Of a stretch of DNA of 64,000 nucleotides, positions 59,090 through 64,000 are shown in pieces (the stretch's first letter is position 1; each line of letters starts with the position of its first letter). The stretch is from Myxococcales bacterium (GTDB lineage Bacteria > Myxococcota_A > Polyangia > Polyangiales > Polyangiaceae), in contig JAYTOU010000017.1 of the NCBI GenBank assembly GCA_043747615.1, forward strand, positions 64,001 through 128,000, given 5' to 3'. Made by a program: the position numbers and the translations under genes. The notes beneath the pieces are model-generated. The model did no database searches, had not been told where the DNA came from, and saw only the letters and a program-made list of their open reading frames with translations.

Positions 59090-60059
59090 GCGGTTCGTGT
59101 ACCTGATGGACTCTGTCGATCGCGTGTTGCCCGACAAGGATACGACGTTCGCGTTCCTTCGCGCTTCACACAAACGCGGGCACAGCTCGTTTCATTGCGA
59201 GGTGCGGGATCTCTATATCAACGAGGGCGACGTTTTCGCTCGCGTGCGCGCGCTCAAGGTGAGCGACGCCGCCCCTCACTTCACGTTCGATGAGCCCGTC
59301 GATCTGCGCTTGGCAGATGTAGAAGCCGTTTTCATCCGCAAGGATCCGCCCTTCGATTCCCAGTACCTGTACGCAACGCTGATGCTCGAGCGGCTTCGCG
59401 GGCGCACCACGGTGATCAACGACCCGCGCGGGCTTCGGGACGCGAACGAAAAACTCTACGCGTTACACTTCGCGCATCACATGCCGCGCACCCTCGTCTC
59501 TTGCGAGCGCGAGCAGATCCTCGCCTTCGTCGACGAGGTCGGCGGAACGGGCGTGATCAAGCCTCTCGACGGTGCGGGGGGCTCGGGGGTGCTCGCGCTT
59601 GCGAGGAACGACCGCAACGCCCGCGCCATCATCGAGATGATCACGCGCGATGGGAAGATTCACGCGATGGTGCAGGAGTACCTTCCCGCCGTGCGGCAGG
59701 GCGACAAGCGCGTTCTTCTCCTCGACGGAGACGTCCTCGGCGGCATCAACCGCGTGCCGCGGGCTGACGATCTGCGCTCGAACATCCACGTGGGCGGTCG
59801 GGTCGAGCCCTGCGACGTCACGGCAAAGGAGCGAGCCATCGTCACCGACATCGCACCGCGTCTGCGCGCAGACGGTCTCATCTTCGTGGGCCTCGACTTC
59901 ATCGGCGAGCGCTTGACCGAGGTGAACGTGACCTCGCCCACCGGAATTCAAGAGCTCAGTCGTCACCTCGGACGCGACGTCGCCGAAGACGTGATTGGCT
60001 GGGTAGAGAAACGCACCGCGGATTTCAGGCCAAATTTGCGGAGTATCCCGGCCGTCTAG
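59088..60059 (+). CDS. gshB: Glutathione synthetase
   Basis: MRFVYLMD, KDTT, RKDPPFD, NEKL, KPLDG, GDKR, RSNIHVGG and EVNVTSPTG. Confidence 0.95.
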   Translation: MRFVYLMDSVDRVLPDKDTTFAFLRASHKRGHSSFHCEVRDLYINEGDVFARVRALKVSDAAPHFTFDEPVDLRLADVEAVFIRKDPPFDSQYLYATLMLERLRGRTTVINDPRGLRDANEKLYALHFAHHMPRTLVSCEREQILAFVDEVGGTGVIKPLDGAGGSGVLALARNDRNARAIIEMITRDGKIHAMVQEYLPAVRQGDKRVLLLDGDVLGGINRVPRADDLRSNIHVGGRVEPCDVTAKERAIVTDIAPRLRADGLIFVGLDFIGERLTEVNVTSPTGIQELSRHLGRDVAEDVIGWVEKRTADFRPNLRSIPAV

Positions 60060-60108
60060 TCCGCATGATGCGTATCACGCGGCACAGTCTCACGAAGGTC
60101 GTCTAGGC

Positions 60109-61095
60109 ATGCCGCTCACCGTCGTCGTTCGTGCCTCCAGCGAAGACTCACCGTCGCTCACCTTCGATGGAGCACGGGTCGTCATCGGCCGCGGGGATGG
60201 CTGCGACGTCCGCCTCCCGGACCTCAGCGTGAGCCGTCGTCACGCCATCATCCGCGTCCGAGCGGGGGAGCATGCTGTCATCGACGAGGGGAGCGCGAAC
60301 GGCACCTTCATCGGCGGAATCCGCTTGTCACCACGGACCCCACGAATCGTGAAGTCCGGCGATCTGGTACGCATCGGACGCGTGTGGCTGGAGATCCGGA
60401 TCGATCAGACGCCGCCCACCCGTGATCTCGCCGCGGCCACCCGCGATCTTGCCCTCGCGCTCGTGGGGCAAGCAATGCGCGCCCTCGGTGACGACACGAC
60501 GCCGAGCGTTCGCGTGGTGGAAGGTCGGGACGCTGGCGCAACTCTCGCGTTCGAAGAAGAGGGCCGACTTTACATCGCGGGGAGAGACGAGACATGCGAC
60601 CTCCCGCTCGATGACACCGACGCCTCACGCGAGCACGTGCGCTTCGTTCGCCGAGGGAGCACGGTCCTCGTGCGCGACGCGGGGTCGAAAAACGGCGCGT
60701 TTCTAGGGGACGCGCGCATATCTCCAGATCGCGACACCGCCTGGCGACCGGCGCTGATGCTTCGGATCGGGCGGACCGTTCTCGCCCTCGACGAGCCGGT
60801 GGCGCTGGCCCTGTCGGACATCGAGCAAGGGGGCGACGAAGCGGTCGCCGAAGAAGATCTTCCGCCCGCACCGCCGAACGCGTCTCCGCTCCCACTCGTC
60901 GAGGAAGCTCCGCGTTCCGAAGGGCGGCGGGGAGCGGCTGCGCCAATGGCTCAGATCGACGGGGCGGCGTCGCGCGCGGCACCACGACGGAAAAAAAAAT
61001 CAGGATGGAGCGGGACCGACCTTGCAGTCGTGGCTGCGGCGCTCGCGGTGATCGCTCTCAGCGTCGCGGGCCTCATCTGGCTGCTGCGAACATGA
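60109..61095 (+). CDS. Double FHA-domain protein with C-terminal membrane anchor
   Basis: IGR..SVSRRH..GSANGT and AGR..ASREH..GSKNG, then a C-terminal TM helix. Confidence 0.9.
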   Translation: MPLTVVVRASSEDSPSLTFDGARVVIGRGDGCDVRLPDLSVSRRHAIIRVRAGEHAVIDEGSANGTFIGGIRLSPRTPRIVKSGDLVRIGRVWLEIRIDQTPPTRDLAAATRDLALALVGQAMRALGDDTTPSVRVVEGRDAGATLAFEEEGRLYIAGRDETCDLPLDDTDASREHVRFVRRGSTVLVRDAGSKNGAFLGDARISPDRDTAWRPALMLRIGRTVLALDEPVALALSDIEQGGDEAVAEEDLPPAPPNASPLPLVEEAPRSEGRRGAAAPMAQIDGAASRAAPRRKKKSGWSGTDLAVVAAALAVIALSVAGLIWLLRT

Positions 61096-61110
61096 GGTAT
61101 GGAGGAAATC

Positions 61111-61917
61111 ATGAGTGAGTCCAAGCAAGGGTGGGCGCTGGTCACCGGGGCCTCGGCGGGCCTCGGCGTGGAGTTCGCGCGGCAGCTCGCAAAGCGCGGG
61201 CACGACATCATCCTCGTCGCCCGCCGACGGCAGCGGCTCGAGGAGCTCGCGACCGAGCTCGAGAAGAACGCGAAGGTGAAGACCCTCGTCCTCGAGAGCG
61301 ATCTGAGCGTGGCAGGTGCCGGCGCCGCGCTGATCGCGGAGCTCGCGAAACGAGATATTTTGCCGGAGATCCTGGTCAACAACGCCGGCGTCGGCGCGCA
61401 TGGTCCGGCGATCGATCTCCCGCTCGAGAAGGCGGCAGCCATGATTCATCTGAACATCGTCTCCCTCACAGAGCTGTCGATCGCCCTCGGCGCAAAGATG
61501 TCGGCGCGCGGCCACGGAGCCATCGTGAACGTGGCGTCGATCGGAGCTTTTCAACCCGCGCCGTTTTTTGGAACCTATGCGGCGACGAAGGCGTACGTGG
61601 AGAGCTTCAGCGGGGCGCTCACCCACGAGCTCGCGCCGCGCGGTGTACGTGTCCTCTGTCACTGCCCTGGACCGACGCGCACGGAGTTCAACGACGCTGG
61701 CGGTGTGACCATCGAGGGCGGCGATTTTTTCTACATGAGCGCAGAACAGTGCGTGCGAATCGCCCTACGCGCGCTTGATCACGGAAAGCGCTTGGTGGTC
61801 ACCGGTTTCGTGAACAACATCGCCGCGTGGCTCGGGCGCACTATGCCCCGTGCCATCGTGCTGTTCGTCGCCGCAAAGATCATGAAGCCTCCGCCGTCTC
61901 CGACGCTCCCTGCGTAG
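61111..61917 (+). CDS. Short-chain dehydrogenase/reductase (SDR)
   Basis: TGASAGLG, NNAG and YAATK. SD GGAGG. Confidence 0.95.
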   Translation: MSESKQGWALVTGASAGLGVEFARQLAKRGHDIILVARRRQRLEELATELEKNAKVKTLVLESDLSVAGAGAALIAELAKRDILPEILVNNAGVGAHGPAIDLPLEKAAAMIHLNIVSLTELSIALGAKMSARGHGAIVNVASIGAFQPAPFFGTYAATKAYVESFSGALTHELAPRGVRVLCHCPGPTRTEFNDAGGVTIEGGDFFYMSAEQCVRIALRALDHGKRLVVTGFVNNIAAWLGRTMPRAIVLFVAAKIMKPPPSPTLPA

Positions 61918-61942
61918 GCCGACTAAACTTTCGGGGCGGGGC

Positions 61943-63781
61943 CTACCGGAGGAGGGCGCTGTCGACGGCGGCCATCGTCTCGGGGCCCGAGGAGGACTGG
62001 GGCGCGAGGCGGCGGACCGTCGGCGGGTACGCGAGAGCAAGCCCGGTGAGCGGAATCGCGGCGAGCAGCTCTTCGAGGGCCGCGGCATTCTTCGGTCGGT
62101 CCGTCATGCGCTTTTTCAAGCACTTCATGACGGCGAGATCGAGCGCTTCGGGAATGTCGAGATCGGGTCGACGCGTGCGCATCGCCGTCGGGATCTGGCG
62201 CTGGTGCAGATCGAGGAGCTCACGACGGCTCGGCGCGGTAATCGGAAGCTCGCCGGTGAGCGCTTCGTACATGAGCACGCCGAGCGCATAGATGTCGGTG
62301 CGCCCTTCGACGGCGGCTCCGATGCATTGCTCAGGAGCCATGTATTCCGGCGTTCCGAGTGTATAGCCGGCCTGCGTGAGGGACTCCGCGGTGGTGAGCT
62401 TGCTCATTCCGAAATCGAGAACCTTCGACACGCCGTCCTCGCAGAGAAAAACGTTTCCGGGCTTTAGATCGCGGTGAACGACGTCTTTGGCGTGGGCCGC
62501 ACCGAGGGCGCGCGCGACGCCGATGAACACCGGAATGGCGAAGCCAGGGGTGATGAGACCGTCACGCGAGAGCTTGTCTGCGAGCGAGCGTCCGAGGAGC
62601 CGCTCCATGACGACGTAGATCGATCCGTCCGACATCTGGTCGAGGTCCATCACGCGCACGACGTTCGGGTGCTCGACGTGGACTTGGATGTACGCCTCCC
62701 GACGAAGGCGGGCGATTTCGCTCCCGTCGCGCGCCGCGGCTCCACGCAGAACCTTCACCGCCACCTCGTGCCCGAGGGAGGTGTGCTCGGCGGCATAGAC
62801 GACGCCGATCCCTCCGGAGCCGATCTTTCGTCCGATGCGGTATTTCCCGCCCAGAACCGTTCCGGTGAGCTCGCCGGGCGTCGCCTGATTTTCTCCGCGG
62901 AGCTCCAGGCCACGCTCGAGCGCGGCGATGCGATTTTTTTCGAATGCCCGCGCGCTGCGATCTTCTTTCGAGCGGTCCCAAAGAAAACCAGCGCCCCCTC
63001 CGAGGACTCCGCCAAGCACGCCGGCCACGGCCGCCGCAACCCAGCCGCCGGCAACGGCCACAGCTCCCGCGCATGAAACGGCCGCGATCGCCGCTCCTGC
63101 GGGCGCTCCGCTACGCGCGCGCATTCCTTTCCAGTGCACGTTGTACACGCAGGCTTCTCCGCCTTTCGCCAGGCAAGCCTCGTGCACCACCGTGGCATCG
63201 AGGAGGCCCCAGATGCGAGGCATTCCCACGAGCTCACCTTCGCGCGCGGCGCAAAGGAAATTTTCCGCGTCTTTTTCGTCGCTCTCGGGCTCATCTACGT
63301 CGTCGCGCAGGCGGTACGTCATGCGCACGGAGTCGATGCGCGGGGGCTTGCGATCGCCTTTTTTTTCGGGGCCGCCGAGCTCTTCGAGCTCCCATGCTCC
63401 GATCCGACTGATCTCGCGTGAGCTCGCCGCGAGGTAACGGTAGCCATCGACGGGCTGCTCGGCCACGCGCAGCATGCGTACGAGGGTGCCGAGGGCCTCG
63501 GGGTGCGTGACCCACTCGCCGCGATTGCGGAGCGCGTCCGTCCCACCGAGGAGCGTGGCGATCGCCTTTAGCGCACGGCGAGCGGCTTCGGCGCTCACCC
63601 AGCCGGTTTCGTTGTCGACGACGCTCGGCTCGATGCCGCAGCCGTTGAGGAGTTGACGCGCCGCACGCTCGCCCTTCTCGGCGCGGACGCGGAGTAGATA
63701 CGTCTTCAGGATCGATGCGCGGAGCTCTTCCTTGCCGCCCTGCCGCACCGAGCCGCGTTGCATGGGCGATGCGCGCGACAT
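61943..63781 (-). CDS. Ser/Thr kinase with N-terminal V4R/H-NOX-like sensor region and TM hairpin
   Basis: IGSGGIG, VAVK, HRDLKPGN, DFG and GTPEYMAPE. N-terminal CAAREG...HEACLAKGGEACVYNVHW. Confidence 0.88.
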   Translation of the reverse strand: MSRASPMQRGSVRQGGKEELRASILKTYLLRVRAEKGERAARQLLNGCGIEPSVVDNETGWVSAEAARRALKAIATLLGGTDALRNRGEWVTHPEALGTLVRMLRVAEQPVDGYRYLAASSREISRIGAWELEELGGPEKKGDRKPPRIDSVRMTYRLRDDVDEPESDEKDAENFLCAAREGELVGMPRIWGLLDATVVHEACLAKGGEACVYNVHWKGMRARSGAPAGAAIAAVSCAGAVAVAGGWVAAAVAGVLGGVLGGGAGFLWDRSKEDRSARAFEKNRIAALERGLELRGENQATPGELTGTVLGGKYRIGRKIGSGGIGVVYAAEHTSLGHEVAVKVLRGAAARDGSEIARLRREAYIQVHVEHPNVVRVMDLDQMSDGSIYVVMERLLGRSLADKLSRDGLITPGFAIPVFIGVARALGAAHAKDVVHRDLKPGNVFLCEDGVSKVLDFGMSKLTTAESLTQAGYTLGTPEYMAPEQCIGAAVEGRTDIYALGVLMYEALTGELPITAPSRRELLDLHQRQIPTAMRTRRPDLDIPEALDLAVMKCLKKRMTDRPKNAAALEELLAAIPLTGLALAYPPTVRRLAPQSSSGPETMAAVDSALLR

Positions 63782-63783
63782 GA

Positions 63784-63999
63784 TCAGAAATGAGCGCCGA
63801 GGGTGAGGCCGGCGTACCCAGGGCGAACGTCGGGACGAAGGCGCGCCCGGGTCTCGGGCCCGGTCGACTCTGTGAAATGCCAGATGAGCCCGCCGGCGAC
63901 CGCGGCGAGACCGAGGCCGCCGACCACTCCGCCCACCGCCGACAGCGTATTTCCCGAGCTCTGCGCGTTCGACGCGGCGGCGGCTGCTTCGGGGCTCTG
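63784..63999 (-). CDS. C-terminal fragment of a membrane/exported protein (gene starts beyond the window)
   Basis: Manual translation: ...LSAVGGVVGGLGLAAVAGGLIWHF...PGYAGLTLGAHF*, with the stop 2 nt before the kinase ATG. Confidence 0.65.
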   Translation of the reverse strand, partial: QSPEAAAAASNAQSSGNTLSAVGGVVGGLGLAAVAGGLIWHFTESTGPETRARLRPDVRPGYAGLTLGAHF

Positions 64000-64000
64000 G

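Noticed and set aside
59070..59095. CGAAT-N18-GTT near gshB as an ECF promoter
   Set aside because: The -35 is mismatched and the -10 falls inside the gshB coding sequence, so it could not transcribe the full gene.

Overview
High-GC bacterial chromosomal segment, densely coding, with a gene set typical of Myxococcota, probably Polyangiales (inferred from sigma54 activators, Ser/Thr kinases, an FHA protein, Cys-rich lipoproteins and TSP3-OmpA barrels). About 55 CDSs are supportable. I saw no rRNA, tRNA, CRISPR array, transposase or phage gene. Recognisable genes include aroA, katG with a Fur/PerR regulator, rlmN, a cyclophilin, agmatinase with a GlnA-family glutamylase, aspS, ggt and gshB. The best candidate for an undescribed system is a two-gene unit: a stand-alone A-T-C NRPS with an Ebony-like (beta-alanine-type) adenylation domain and a terminal condensation domain, translationally coupled to a fatty-acid-hydroxylase-family enzyme. 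Other notable signals are: TAnnnT -10 boxes 6-9 nt before many start codons (leaderless, partly bidirectional promoters); a globin-coupled kinase that apparently starts at CTG; a SigR/SigH-like ECF sigma with a GGAAT-N18-GTT promoter beside glutathione genes; a Cys-rich lipoprotein ending in a cargo-less Hint domain; three TraB-like barrel paralogues; and a betaproteobacterial-looking aroA. All family calls come from reading motifs by eye; no database search was run.
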